A stretch of DNA of 64,000 bases from an uncultured virus (IMG/VR IMGVR_UViG_3300034200_001934) (lineage: Duplodnaviria; Heunggongvirae; Uroviricota; Caudoviricetes), in the IMG/VR virus record IMGVR_UViG_3300034200_001934; one strand, written 5' to 3'. A program made the position numbers and the translations under genes. Positions 18,109-27,033 of this stretch are shown piece after piece (within the stretch, counting starts at the first letter, position 1; each line of letters opens with the position of its first letter). The notes beneath the pieces were generated by a model, which did no database searches, was not told the DNA's origin, and saw only the letters and a program-made list of their open reading frames with translations.

Positions 18109-18252
18109 ATGAAGTGTAAAGTGCAGTTGTATGTAGCAGGTAAGGTCTTCCACGAAATAGTAGAGGCAAGAGATTATCAAGATGCAAGAGAAACTGCACT
18201 TGCACGAAATCCAAATGCTAAAGTTGTTGGAGTTACTGCTGTTTTTGATTAA
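18109..18252 (+). CDS. Small hypothetical protein (47 aa)
   Basis: MKCKVQLYVAGKVFHEIVEARDYQDARETALARNPNAKVVGVTAVFD. Confidence 0.65.
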   Translation: MKCKVQLYVAGKVFHEIVEARDYQDARETALARNPNAKVVGVTAVFD

Positions 18253-18257
18253 TAATT

Positions 18258-18830
18258 ATGTTTAATTTTTTTAAAAAAGAAGAAACGACTAGGGAGGTTC
18301 CTATGCGTAAAGAGAAATATATTATCCCTCAAGTAGAATTTGTATTCCGTGAGAATGGAGAATTTGTAAATCGCACATCTTCAGAACTTTTCGATGGGAA
18401 GCGTGTTGTCATTTTTAGCTTGCCTGGTGCTTTCACTCCTACTTGCAGTGCCTATCAGCTACCTGGATTCGAAGAGAAATATGAAGACTTTATTGGTAAC
18501 GGCATCGACGATATTTACTGCATCTCTGTTAATGATGGGTTTGTAATGAATGCTTGGGCACAGGACCAGAACATCAAGAATGTAAAACTCATTCCTGATG
18601 GTAATGCATATTTCACTCGTTCTATGGGATATCTTGTTACTAAATCAAATCTTGGTTTCGGTCAACGTTCTTGGCGTTATGCTGCTGTTATTGATAACGG
18701 AGTTATTGAAAAACTATTCGTTGAAGATGGTATGCGTGATAATGCAGATACTGACCCATACGAGAGGAGCACCCCAGAAAATCTTCTTGAGTATGTGAAG
18801 TCCACAGTTCGTGAAGTTGCTGCAGTATAA
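18258..18830 (+). CDS. Type II (Prx5-like) peroxiredoxin
   Basis: PGAFTPTCS, SVNDGFVMNAW, RSWRYA; possible alternative start at 18303 after GGAGG. Confidence 0.92.
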   Translation: MFNFFKKEETTREVPMRKEKYIIPQVEFVFRENGEFVNRTSSELFDGKRVVIFSLPGAFTPTCSAYQLPGFEEKYEDFIGNGIDDIYCISVNDGFVMNAWAQDQNIKNVKLIPDGNAYFTRSMGYLVTKSNLGFGQRSWRYAAVIDNGVIEKLFVEDGMRDNADTDPYERSTPENLLEYVKSTVREVAAV

Positions 18831-18856
18831 CTAATAGTGTAGTTTATAGTAGAGAA

Positions 18857-18946
18857 ATGTTTCACGAAATACTTTTTACTTTAATTAGTATTGGGTCATT
18901 AGTTCTCATATCTTACGCAATTAATAAAACAACAGAAGACTTGTGA
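18857..18946 (+). CDS. Small single-TM protein (29 aa), similar to the 17415 peptide
   Basis: MFHEILFTLISIGSLVLISYAINKTTEDL. Confidence 0.45.
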   Translation: MFHEILFTLISIGSLVLISYAINKTTEDL

Positions 18947-18952
18947 GATTTT

Positions 18953-18987
18953 AAACTCTGCTGCTAAATAGACAGCAGAGTTTTTTT
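18953..18987 (+). terminator. Terminator with late-promoter TAAATA in the loop
   Basis: AAACTCTGCTG-CTAAATAGA-CAGCAGAGTTT then Ts. Confidence 0.75.
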
Positions 18988-18990
18988 ATT

Positions 18991-19152
18991 ATGCCAAGAG
19001 GACAACTTACTAAGGATATTATGAGAACGGAAGTTCTTAAGATAAAAAATCAATTAGATAAAGATGAATTTTGTTGGGGTGGCAATCCTAAAGAAGTTGC
19101 TCACAGATATCTGAATAAAGTATTAGATAAAATTGAAGAGTATTATAGATAA
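18991..19152 (+). CDS. Small hypothetical protein (53 aa)
   Basis: MPRGQLTKD...AHRYLNKVLDKIEEYYR, read by hand. Confidence 0.6.
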   Translation: MPRGQLTKDIMRTEVLKIKNQLDKDEFCWGGNPKEVAHRYLNKVLDKIEEYYR

Positions 19153-19172
19153 GTAAATTTGCAATACTAAAA

Positions 19173-19862
19173 ATGAGAATCGATCTTCATAACTTTTTCA
19201 AACATTATGATGAAAAGAATCCAAAACATGTTGCTGCTGTGGAACAACTTGAAGTTGATTTGGCAGGTAAATATCCAGAGTTAATGGATGACTCGGCAAA
19301 CTGGGTGAGAATTTATAGAACTCAACCAGAAAAACCAAAATCAACAATCCTTGATGTGCCTTTCTTTCCACAGACAGATAACTACAGAGATGCTCAGAGA
19401 ACCTGTAATTCATCTGCTTGTGCTATGTGCTTAGAATATTTTAAACCTGGCACACTAGTAGGACCTAAGGGCGACGATGCCTATGTTAGAAAAGTTTTTG
19501 CAGTCGGTGATACAACCGATCATTCAGTCCAAACAAAAGTTCTGGAATCTTATGGGGTCAAATCAACCTTTAGTTATAACCTTTCTTTTGCTGATCTTGA
19601 TCGTGAACTTGCCAACGGCAGACCTGTTATCATTGGTATTCTTCATAGGGGGACTTTATCTAATCCCGTAGGTGGTCATATGCTTGTTGTAATTGGCAAA
19701 AAGGGAGAAGATTATGTTGTAAATGATCCTTATGGTTCATTGAATGATGGATACACTGGTTCTGTTTATACTGGTAAAGGTGCAATCTATAAAAGAAGTG
19801 AACTTTCTCGTCGATGGACTCCAGATGGTCCTAAATCAGGTTGGGGTAGAGTATTTCTATGA
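19173..19862 (+). CDS. C39-like cysteine peptidase, probable lysis-associated
   Basis: Q...CNSSACAM, GHMLVVIG, VNDPYG catalytic pattern. Confidence 0.8.
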   Translation: MRIDLHNFFKHYDEKNPKHVAAVEQLEVDLAGKYPELMDDSANWVRIYRTQPEKPKSTILDVPFFPQTDNYRDAQRTCNSSACAMCLEYFKPGTLVGPKGDDAYVRKVFAVGDTTDHSVQTKVLESYGVKSTFSYNLSFADLDRELANGRPVIIGILHRGTLSNPVGGHMLVVIGKKGEDYVVNDPYGSLNDGYTGSVYTGKGAIYKRSELSRRWTPDGPKSGWGRVFL

Positions 19863-20473
19863 CTATTAAATTTATTGATGCTGTAAAAAATCACAAAGAT
19901 CTTCCACATCAAATAGATGCATGGAATTTTCTTCAAGCAACGGTTCATAAAGAAGTTCTTGATGAGTTTGCGAGAAGGTTTAGGAATCAAAAAGTAGAAC
20001 CGACACTTGAAGGTCTCCCACTTTCGGGTGTAGATTTAATCAAGGAGTTTGAAGGATGTCATCTAAAAGCATATTATGATCCTCTTACTGGGGGACTTCC
20101 TATTACAATCGGATGGGGAAGTACTCGTAGGAAAGATGGAACACGGTTCCTAATTGGTAATAAGATCACTCAAGATGAAGCAGATGATCTTCTTTATTTT
20201 CAACTTCGTCGTGAGTTTCTTCCTTCATTGCAAAAGATCCCTTATTGGAATGAGATGAATGAAAAACAACAAGGAGCACTTCTTTCTTTTGCTTATAATT
20301 TAGGTGCTGGTTTTTATGGTAGTACTAATTTTAATACCATAACTAGAGTCCTAAGAGAAAAGAAATGGAATGAAGTTCCAGCAGCATTGGAACTTTATCG
20401 TAATCCTGGCACTAAAGTGGAAGCAGGATTACTGAGAAGAAGAAAAGCAGAGGGTAAACTTTGGGTTTCTTAA
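19859..20473 (+). CDS. GH24 phage lysozyme (endolysin)
   Basis: IKEFEGC..AYYD...TIGWG, ALLSFAYNLG, GLLRRRKAE. Confidence 0.9.
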   Translation: MTIKFIDAVKNHKDLPHQIDAWNFLQATVHKEVLDEFARRFRNQKVEPTLEGLPLSGVDLIKEFEGCHLKAYYDPLTGGLPITIGWGSTRRKDGTRFLIGNKITQDEADDLLYFQLRREFLPSLQKIPYWNEMNEKQQGALLSFAYNLGAGFYGSTNFNTITRVLREKKWNEVPAALELYRNPGTKVEAGLLRRRKAEGKLWVS

Positions 20474-20802
20474 TCACTATCTTCTACTCTTGTTCTTAGT
20501 GCGATTACTGTAGTAAGAATAGTCAATAAAGTTTCATACCCCCTTCTTTCAGATTCTTTGCAATCTAAAGGAGGGGGATTTTTTAGTTCTCCCTTTACAT
20601 TTGCTTTATTAATGGTTCCTGGAATCATAAAGTTACATGCAACAAAGTTAATACCAACAAACCCAATTACCGCACAGCAGATAATAAAGATTAGTTTATT
20701 CAATAATGAACCGTGCTTTTTTCCTACCTCTTTTAGCAGGTCTTCTGATAAACCTGATGACTTCTGTTGGTTGTCTTTTTGGTTGTGGTCTTCGTCCTTC
20801 AT
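20470..20802 (-). CDS. Membrane protein (about 2 TM), holin/spanin-like candidate
   Basis: Hydrophobic segments; convergent with the endolysin. Confidence 0.5.
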   Translation of the reverse strand: MKDEDHNQKDNQQKSSGLSEDLLKEVGKKHGSLLNKLIFIICCAVIGFVGINFVACNFMIPGTINKANVKGELKNPPPLDCKESERRGYETLLTILTTVIALRTRVEDSD

Positions 20803-20862
20803 TGAATATTCCCTCGTTAGTTATCAATCTTATAATTAATATTCCAAGGAGAAGTATTGATT

Positions 20863-21054
20863 TCATCTTCCTTCTTGTTTATGAATCCAAGTTTTAAGAT
20901 CTGTTAGATATACTCTAAGCATTTCTGCTTTTTCTAAATGCCATTTATCACCACTCTTGAAGTATTCTTGAGTATGATTGTCTATTGCTTTTAGAGTATT
21001 ATGTATTGGTGCATTCCAAGGTTCCCTAATAGGAGTGTTCCATTCCCGAGGCAT
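20863..21054 (-). CDS. Hypothetical protein
   Basis: MPREWNTPIREPWN...; minus-strand TAAATA near 21076. Confidence 0.65.
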   Translation of the reverse strand: MPREWNTPIREPWNAPIHNTLKAIDNHTQEYFKSGDKWHLEKAEMLRVYLTDLKTWIHKQEGR

Positions 21055-21127
21055 ATGAGGGAAAGCAGTTTTAACTATTTAGTTTTTAAGGTCTTATTTA
21101 TGGTGGACGGTTTTAGGATTGAACCAA

Positions 21128-21161
21128 TTGACAGGGTTTCCAAACAATGGTATGATAAATA
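21128..21161 (+). promoter_or_regulatory. psbA promoter: sigma70 TTGACA-N17-TATGAT overlapping late TAAATA
   Basis: Direct sequence match. Confidence 0.8.
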
Positions 21162-21212
21162 CATCAACAGGTTAAGGAATGTAACAGTTCTTTAATCTTT
21201 GTAACACCCACT

Positions 21213-21308
21213 AACCGAGACCTATGGGGTGTATAAATTACGTCTCTCATACCCAGTCTGAGGGTGACTGGGGAATAGTAACTCCACCATTTCCCTGATG
21301 GTCTTACT
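21213..21308 (+). ncRNA. PhotoRC-II-like structured psbA leader
   Basis: GAGAC/GTCTC stem, CCCAGTC/GACTGGG hairpin with AGGG in the loop, ACCAT/ATGGT hairpin with complementary CCCT in the loop; directly upstream of psbA. Confidence 0.75.
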
Positions 21309-21322
21309 ACTCTTTTAAACAA

Positions 21323-22402
21323 ATGACTGCTTCAATCGCTTCACGTCAACAATCGAATACTTGGGAACAGTTCTGCAACTGGGTTACATCAACCGACAAT
21401 CGTCTTTATGTTGGTTGGTTCGGAGTCCTGATGATTCCTTGCCTGCTTGCTGCTACAACTTGTTTCATCATCGCATTCATCGGTGCTCCCCCTGTGGACA
21501 TTGATGGTATCCGTGAACCAGTTGCTGGTTCACTCATGTACGGAAACAACATCATCTCTGGTGCTGTAATTCCTTCGTCCAATGCTATTGGACTGCACTT
21601 TTATCCAATTTGGGAAGCTGCTTCCCTAGATGAGTGGCTATATAATGGTGGACCATTCCAACTGGTCGTCTTCCATTTTCTAATCGGTATCTATGCTTAC
21701 ATGGGTCGTGAATGGGAACTGTCTTACCGACTTGGTATGCGTCCTTGGATTTGTGTTGCCTACTCTGCACCCGTTGCTGCTGCTTCTGCAGTGTTCCTGG
21801 TCTATCCCTTTGGTCAAGGATCCTTCAGTGACGCAATGCCTCTTGGGATTTCGGGAACTTTCAACTACATGCTTGTTTTCCAGGCAGAACACAACATTCT
21901 TATGCATCCTTTCCACATGTTGGGAGTTGCTGGTGTCTTCGGTGGTTCTCTTTTCTCTGCTATGCACGGATCTCTTGTCACCTCTAGTCTTGTACGTGAG
22001 ACGACAGAAAATGAGTCCCAGAACTATGGATACAAGTTCGGACAAGAAGAAGAAACATACAACATCGTAGCTGCACACGGTTATTTCGGTCGTCTTATTT
22101 TCCAATACGCATCGTTCAATAACTCACGTTCACTGCACTTCTTCCTTGCTGCTTGGCCTGTTGTAGGCATCTGGTTCACTGCTCTTGGTGTTTCTACGAT
22201 GGCCTTCAATTTGAATGGCTTCAACTTTAATCAAAGTATCGTTGATAGTCAGAACCGTGTAGTTAACACTTGGGCTGATGTTCTGAACCGTGCTGGACTG
22301 GGGATGGAGGTAATGCATGAAAGGAATGCTCATAATTTCCCTCTGGACCTCGCTGCTGCTGAGAGCACTCCTGTTGCTCTTACCGCTCCTGCGATTGGTT
22401 GA
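21323..22402 (+). CDS. psbA: Photosystem II D1 protein, uninterrupted
   Basis: Full-length D1 sequence. Confidence 0.99.
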   Translation: MTASIASRQQSNTWEQFCNWVTSTDNRLYVGWFGVLMIPCLLAATTCFIIAFIGAPPVDIDGIREPVAGSLMYGNNIISGAVIPSSNAIGLHFYPIWEAASLDEWLYNGGPFQLVVFHFLIGIYAYMGREWELSYRLGMRPWICVAYSAPVAAASAVFLVYPFGQGSFSDAMPLGISGTFNYMLVFQAEHNILMHPFHMLGVAGVFGGSLFSAMHGSLVTSSLVRETTENESQNYGYKFGQEEETYNIVAAHGYFGRLIFQYASFNNSRSLHFFLAAWPVVGIWFTALGVSTMAFNLNGFNFNQSIVDSQNRVVNTWADVLNRAGLGMEVMHERNAHNFPLDLAAAESTPVALTAPAIG

Positions 22403-22422
22403 TATAAAAACTAACAGTTTTT

Positions 22423-22460
22423 TAAGAGACCCGAAAGGGTCTCTTTTTTTCTGTTATAAT
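22423..22460 (+). terminator. psbA terminator followed by an extended -10 (TGnTATAAT)
   Basis: AAGAGACCC-GAAA-GGGTCTCTT then a T tract. Confidence 0.85.
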
Positions 22461-22485
22461 ATAGTACAGTCACATTAGATGAACT

Positions 22486-22707
22486 ATGTTTATTTTTAAA
22501 GTAGGTGATATTTGTAGGATTAATAATCCAATCCAAAGAAGGCACGGAAGAGAATTTGAAATTCTAGGTTTTATGTATGATAAAGATGATGAACATTTTC
22601 CTCCAATCGCAATGAAAGTTAGATACTTAGACACCAATCGTAAAGGAACATATGACTGTTCATTTGATTCTCTTGAGGTAATTGGTACAAATGTCTCACA
22701 ATACTGA
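22486..22707 (+). CDS. Hypothetical small beta-barrel (SH3/KOW-like) protein
   Basis: FKVGD start and short beta strands. Confidence 0.55.
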   Translation: MFIFKVGDICRINNPIQRRHGREFEILGFMYDKDDEHFPPIAMKVRYLDTNRKGTYDCSFDSLEVIGTNVSQY

Positions 22708-22813
22708 ATATGAAAAGATGCCTAAGTGGGTCATCTGGGCAGGTGTAGGTATGATGGTATTCACAGTTCTTGTGTTTGTTTTATTCACTCTTGGGCAAAT
22801 TTACTGGGGATAA
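22691..22813 (+). CDS. Small single-TM protein (40 aa)
   Basis: MSHNTEYEKMPKWVIWAGVGMMVFTVLVFVLFTLGQIYWG; GAGG RBS. Confidence 0.6.
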   Translation: MSHNTEYEKMPKWVIWAGVGMMVFTVLVFVLFTLGQIYWG

Positions 22814-22826
22814 GCACAAACACTCA

Positions 22827-22860
22827 TTGACCTCTTTTGTAAAGTATTGTAAACTAAATA
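22827..22860 (+). promoter_or_regulatory. psbD promoter (TTGACC-N17-TAAACT) with overlapping HLR1/RpaB repeat and late TAAATA
   Basis: Minus strand reads TTTACAAT-AC-TTTACAAA at 22836-22853. Confidence 0.7.
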
Positions 22861-22881
22861 TGAGAAATACGATAGGAGGTT

Positions 22882-23943
22882 ATGACTTCTTCTACACTTT
22901 CACTACCGAACCAACAAAAAGGTTGGTTTGATTTATTAGATGATTGGTTGAAAAGGGACAGATTTGTGTTCGTAGGTTGGTCTGGCCTACTTTTATTTCC
23001 AACAGCATACCTCGCACTTGGTGGGTGGTTGACTGGAACTTCGTTTGTATCTTCGTGGTATACGCACGGTATTGCTTCCAGTTATTTGGAAGGCTGCAAC
23101 TTTTTGACCGCTGCGGTAAGCACCCCTGCAGATGCTATGGGTCATTCTCTTCTTCTGCTCTGGGGTCCTGAGGCTCAAGGGGATATCGTCCGATGGTTCC
23201 AACTTGGGGGACTCTGGACTTTTGTGGCACTCCACGGCGCCTTTAGTTTGATTGGATTTATGCTCAGGCAGTTTGAGATTGCCCGTCTTGTAGGTATTCG
23301 TCCTTATAACGCAATCGCATTCTCTGGTCCTATTGCAGTATTTGTTTCTGTATTCCTGATGTATCCACTGGGTCAATCCAGTTGGTTCTTTGCACCTTCC
23401 TTTGGGGTTGCTGCTATCTTCAGATTCCTTCTATTCCTTCAGGGTTTCCATAACTGGACACTCAATCCCTTCCATATGATGGGAGTTGCTGGTATCCTTG
23501 GTGGAGCACTACTCTGTGCAATTCACGGAGCAACTGTAGAAAACACTCTATTTGAAGATAGTGATCAAGCAAACACTTTCAAAGCATTTGAACCAACACA
23601 AGAGGAAGAAACCTACTCTATGGTTACTGCTAATAGATTCTGGTCTCAGATTTTTGGTATTGCTTTTAGTAACAAGCGTTGGCTTCATTTCTTTATGTTG
23701 TTTGTACCTGTAATGGGTCTTTGGACCTCCAGTATCGGTATTATTGGTCTTGCCCTTAATCTTCGTGCTTACGATTTTGTTTCTCAGGAGATTCGTGCTG
23801 CTGAAGACCCGGAATTCGAAACTTTCTATACAAAGAACGTGCTTCTTAACGAAGGCTTGCGTGCCTGGATGGCTCCAGTAGATCAACCTCATGAAAATTT
23901 TGTGCTGCCAGAGGAAGTTCTTCCGAGGGGCAATGCTCTGTGA
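22882..23943 (+). CDS. psbD: Photosystem II D2 protein
   Basis: Full-length D2 ending [10 protein letters not shown]. Confidence 0.99.
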   Translation: MTSSTLSLPNQQKGWFDLLDDWLKRDRFVFVGWSGLLLFPTAYLALGGWLTGTSFVSSWYTHGIASSYLEGCNFLTAAVSTPADAMGHSLLLLWGPEAQGDIVRWFQLGGLWTFVALHGAFSLIGFMLRQFEIARLVGIRPYNAIAFSGPIAVFVSVFLMYPLGQSSWFFAPSFGVAAIFRFLLFLQGFHNWTLNPFHMMGVAGILGGALLCAIHGATVENTLFEDSDQANTFKAFEPTQEEETYSMVTANRFWSQIFGIAFSNKRWLHFFMLFVPVMGLWTSSIGIIGLALNLRAYDFVSQEIRAAEDPEFETFYTKNVLLNEGLRAWMAPVDQPHENFVLPEEVLPRGNAL

Positions 23944-23950
23944 TATACTG

Positions 23951-23973
23951 GGAGGGGCAACCCTCCTTTTTTT
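23951..23973 (+). terminator. psbD terminator
   Basis: GGAGGG-GCAA-CCCTCC then T7. Confidence 0.8.
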
Positions 23974-24105
23974 ATGATTAGTTCAGAAACTCCTTATAAG
24001 TTGGCAGAAATTATCAGAGACACTTGGCCTCAGATATATAGAGTGACATCAAATAAAAAAGATGAAAAAAGTAGCAGTATTCGGATCCGCAAGAACGAGT
24101 CCTGA
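23974..24105 (+). CDS. Small hypothetical protein (43 aa)
   Basis: MISSETPYKLAEIIRDTWPQIYR..., read by hand. Confidence 0.45.
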   Translation: MISSETPYKLAEIIRDTWPQIYRVTSNKKDEKSSSIRIRKNES

Positions 24106-24610
24106 TTCTGGTCTTTATCAAGCAGTAGAAAAACTTGGTAAAAATATTGCAGCAGAAGGTTGGGTAGTAGTTACTGGAGGTGGTCCAGGAACTATGGAGG
24201 CAGCAAACAAAGGAGCAATGAGTGCTTGTATGGGCAATTCTCTATGTTCTGTTGCAGAAGCAATCTATCTACCCTTTGAAGATGGAGTGAATCCTTATGT
24301 TCAAGAATATGAAAAGCATCAGACATTCTATTCAAGATTGCATACATTCTCAGAATGCGATGCTTTTATTGTGACTCCTGGTGGTATTGGAACTCTTCTT
24401 GAGATGGCAATGATTTATCAGTTGGTTCAAGTTAATCATATTGATAAGAAACCGATTATTTGTGTAGGTAGAATGTGGAGAACACTTAAGCATTGGATTG
24501 AAGATGAGATGCTTGATAATGGATTTCTTAATAATGAAGAGATGAAACTAATTCATTATGTTGATAGATTTTCAGAGGCAACTCATTTATTAAAAGGACT
24601 TCTTACTTAG
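24062..24610 (+). CDS. LOG/SLOG family nucleotide phosphoribohydrolase-like protein
   Basis: VFGSAR, TGGGPGTMEAANKGA, PGGIGTLLE. Confidence 0.88.
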   Translation: MKKVAVFGSARTSPDSGLYQAVEKLGKNIAAEGWVVVTGGGPGTMEAANKGAMSACMGNSLCSVAEAIYLPFEDGVNPYVQEYEKHQTFYSRLHTFSECDAFIVTPGGIGTLLEMAMIYQLVQVNHIDKKPIICVGRMWRTLKHWIEDEMLDNGFLNNEEMKLIHYVDRFSEATHLLKGLLT

Positions 24611-24619
24611 TTTAATTAT

Positions 24620-24832
24620 ATGAACTTTACAATCTTTACAAATACTTCTGATTTGCTATATGATAAGCATAACTACAAATTAGTTAAAAATAATAAGAAA
24701 ACTATTATTTTTGATAATTGGGAAGATGCAAAATCTTATTGGTTTAAAAATGTATCCCTTGGCAATTTAAATTACTTCGAAATTTTAGATAAAGACACTT
24801 TAAATAAAAATGAAAAAAAGAAAGGATTTTAA
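24620..24832 (+). CDS. Hypothetical protein
   Basis: 70-aa ORF in operon. Confidence 0.55.
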   Translation: MNFTIFTNTSDLLYDKHNYKLVKNNKKTIIFDNWEDAKSYWFKNVSLGNLNYFEILDKDTLNKNEKKKGF

Positions 24833-24835
24833 ATA

Positions 24836-25135
24836 ATGAAAATGTATAATGAAGAATATTTCTCAGTGATTGAAACTAAAACTGGTAGAAAGATTGCTGA
24901 TTGTGGTGAAGAAGAAGATGCATTAATGATAGTTTCTTTTGATCCCCAAAATAGAACTATCACAAAAAATAAATTTTTGATGGGACAAGTTGTTGATATT
25001 GAAGTTCAAAAAACATTACCAACTACAAATATAGAAAAAGTATATAATAACAATAACTTCACAAAAAACAAAAAAGAACTAAAGCAGCACTATATATCTT
25101 TGCCTGAAGGTGAAGGAATTCCAGTCATAGTATAA
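24836..25135 (+). CDS. Hypothetical protein
   Basis: 99-aa ORF in operon. Confidence 0.6.
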   Translation: MKMYNEEYFSVIETKTGRKIADCGEEEDALMIVSFDPQNRTITKNKFLMGQVVDIEVQKTLPTTNIEKVYNNNNFTKNKKELKQHYISLPEGEGIPVIV

Positions 25136-25326
25136 TGTATCCCAGGAAACATAAACAATTAAAAAATCAAAGAAAGAAAAGGATGTATACGCCCGAAGGG
25201 TATATAAATGATCCACCAGATACTAAATGCCCTTATTGTGGAAAAGAAAAAAAACCTTGTTCTCATATAAACAGTTTATCTCGTGCTTGGGCTAGGCAAT
25301 CGTGCAAAAAGAAAAACAATAGTTAA
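25135..25326 (+). CDS. Small basic Cys-rich protein
   Basis: CPYC...C...C. Confidence 0.55.
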   Translation: MYPRKHKQLKNQRKKRMYTPEGYINDPPDTKCPYCGKEKKPCSHINSLSRAWARQSCKKKNNS

Positions 25327-25450
25327 TATATAATATAAGTTAGACATTTTTATGCCTAATACAAATTTAAATTTATTTCAATAACCTCTTCGCACAAATG
25401 TGTGCTAGGGGTTATTTTTGTAAGTTTTTTTACCAAAAAATAAAAGATTT

Positions 25451-25831
25451 ATGGATGTTTTAAATTCTCCCCAAGACTTTTTATATAATTTGAAAGCTTC
25501 TACATCCTCAGAAGCAAAAAGATTATGGAAACAATCAATAAAGGAAAAATGGAATCATTCATGTGCTTATTGCGGAACAAAGGATGGAGAATTAACAATA
25601 GATCATATAGTTCCTCAAATGAAAGGGGGCAACGATCATATAACCAATGTTCTCTGCTGTTGTGAGAAGTGCAATCATTCTAAAGGGCATGAAAATTGGG
25701 AAACTTGGTTTCACAATCAAAAATTCTTTACAAGAGAAAGATATGATGCTATACTGCGTTGGCAAAGACAAATGTTGGAAAAGGAATTAACACTCTATAA
25801 GTATAAACCAAGGAGAAATAAAGTATTATGA
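25451..25831 (+). CDS. HNH endonuclease
   Basis: CAYCG, TIDHIVP..KGG, N...CEKCNHSK. Confidence 0.88.
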   Translation: MDVLNSPQDFLYNLKASTSSEAKRLWKQSIKEKWNHSCAYCGTKDGELTIDHIVPQMKGGNDHITNVLCCCEKCNHSKGHENWETWFHNQKFFTRERYDAILRWQRQMLEKELTLYKYKPRRNKVL

Positions 25832-26064
25832 ATATTAAAATTTACAGCAGATCTGGTTGCCCATATTGTGATAAGATCAAGACTGTTTTGAATCAAAAAG
25901 ATATTGAGTTTACATCTTATGAATTAGATGAAGATTTTAATCGAGATGAATTTTATGCAGAATTTGGAACGGGAACTACATTCCCACAAATCATTTATAA
26001 TGATCAAAAATTAGGAGGTTGTTCCGATGCAGTTAATTACTTCATCCAAAACAATATCATCTAA
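25828..26064 (+). CDS. nrdC: Glutaredoxin (NrdC-like)
   Basis: CPYC, TFPQI, GG. Confidence 0.88.
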   Translation: MNIKIYSRSGCPYCDKIKTVLNQKDIEFTSYELDEDFNRDEFYAEFGTGTTFPQIIYNDQKLGGCSDAVNYFIQNNII

Positions 26065-26250
26065 ATGGGTTCTATAAATAATCCAGACACACTAGAAATG
26101 AATAAGGGTGTCGAATTGCTACTTAGAAATAGGAGGGAGAAAAAAAATTTAGAGACTAAACAGAAAAAGTTTGGTTTTTCGAAAAAAATTTCTCTCTTTA
26201 CGAGGGAAATTGAAATAAATTTTTTTATTTCTTTAATTGAAAAAAGATAA
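26065..26250 (+). CDS. Hypothetical protein
   Basis: NKGVELLLR; operon position. Confidence 0.5.
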   Translation: MGSINNPDTLEMNKGVELLLRNRREKKNLETKQKKFGFSKKISLFTREIEINFFISLIEKR

Positions 26251-26270
26251 CTCTCTCGGAGGAACTAAAA

Positions 26271-26498
26271 ATGTTAGCAGCAGAACTCACAATTTTTTCT
26301 TTGGTTTCATTTTTATTTTTATTGGTTGGTGGAGTGATTGGTTGGCTAACAAAGCAACATGTATATAGCACGCAACAGTTGCAAGTATATACACATCCAG
26401 AAATGTTTGATAATAATGGAAATGTAATTCCAGATGAAATAATAGCAGTACGATTTGAGAATGACCATGACTACGACGAAGACGAAGACGAAGACTGA
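26271..26498 (+). CDS. Small membrane protein with acidic tail
   Basis: GGAGG RBS, TM, HPEMFD.NGN..PDE. Confidence 0.7.
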   Translation: MLAAELTIFSLVSFLFLLVGGVIGWLTKQHVYSTQQLQVYTHPEMFDNNGNVIPDEIIAVRFENDHDYDEDEDED

Positions 26499-27033
26499 AC
26501 CAAAAACAGTTAAATTGCCTCCAAAACCATTTGCTTTTGAAGTTCTTTCTTTAGTTTCAAAGCAAAGATCAAATGCCAAAAAAGTAGAACTCCTTAAAGA
26601 GTACGAGCATGATTCTTTGAAGGCAATTTTTATTTGGAACTTTGATGAGAGTATAATTTCATTGCTTCCTCCTGGAGAAGTTCCATATTTTGGTGATAAT
26701 GATTTTAAGACTTCAACTATGACTGAAAGAATTCAGCAAGCAGTTGATACTATGGGTGATTTAAGTTCAGATTCTATTGGTGCATCAGACCAAAAACATA
26801 CAGCAATTAGAACTGAATATACCAAATTTTATAATTTTATTAAAGGTGGAAATGATTCTTTAAGTTCATTACGAAGAGAAAATATTTTTATTAATCTTCT
26901 AGAAGGAATGCATCCTTTAGAAGCAGAAATTCTTTGTTTATGTAAAGATAAAAAACTTCAAGAAAAATATAAGATTACAAAAGAAATAGTATCTGAAGCA
27001 TATCCTGATATTACTTGGGGAGGTAGGAGTTAA
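26461..27033 (+). CDS. Conserved T4-like phage hypothetical protein
   Basis: LPPGEVPY and RRENIFINLLEGMHPLEAEIL blocks. Confidence 0.75.
   Translation: MTMTTTKTKTKTEPKTVKLPPKPFAFEVLSLVSKQRSNAKKVELLKEYEHDSLKAIFIWNFDESIISLLPPGEVPYFGDNDFKTSTMTERIQQAVDTMGDLSSDSIGASDQKHTAIRTEYTKFYNFIKGGNDSLSSLRRENIFINLLEGMHPLEAEILCLCKDKKLQEKYKITKEIVSEAYPDITWGGRS

Noticed and set aside
21323..23943. Introns or homing endonuclease in or between psbA and psbD
   Set aside because: Both ORFs are continuous and normal length; the intervening ORFs are short with no nuclease motif.
25380..25831. HNH gene with upstream hairpin as a mobile element or RNA-guided nuclease
   Set aside because: A short stand-alone HNH with no RuvC motifs, no element ends and only one terminator-like stem upstream.
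26475..26497. GACGAA microsatellite
   Set aside because: It encodes the DEDEDED tail of one gene and TKTKTK of the overlapping gene; low-complexity coding sequence.
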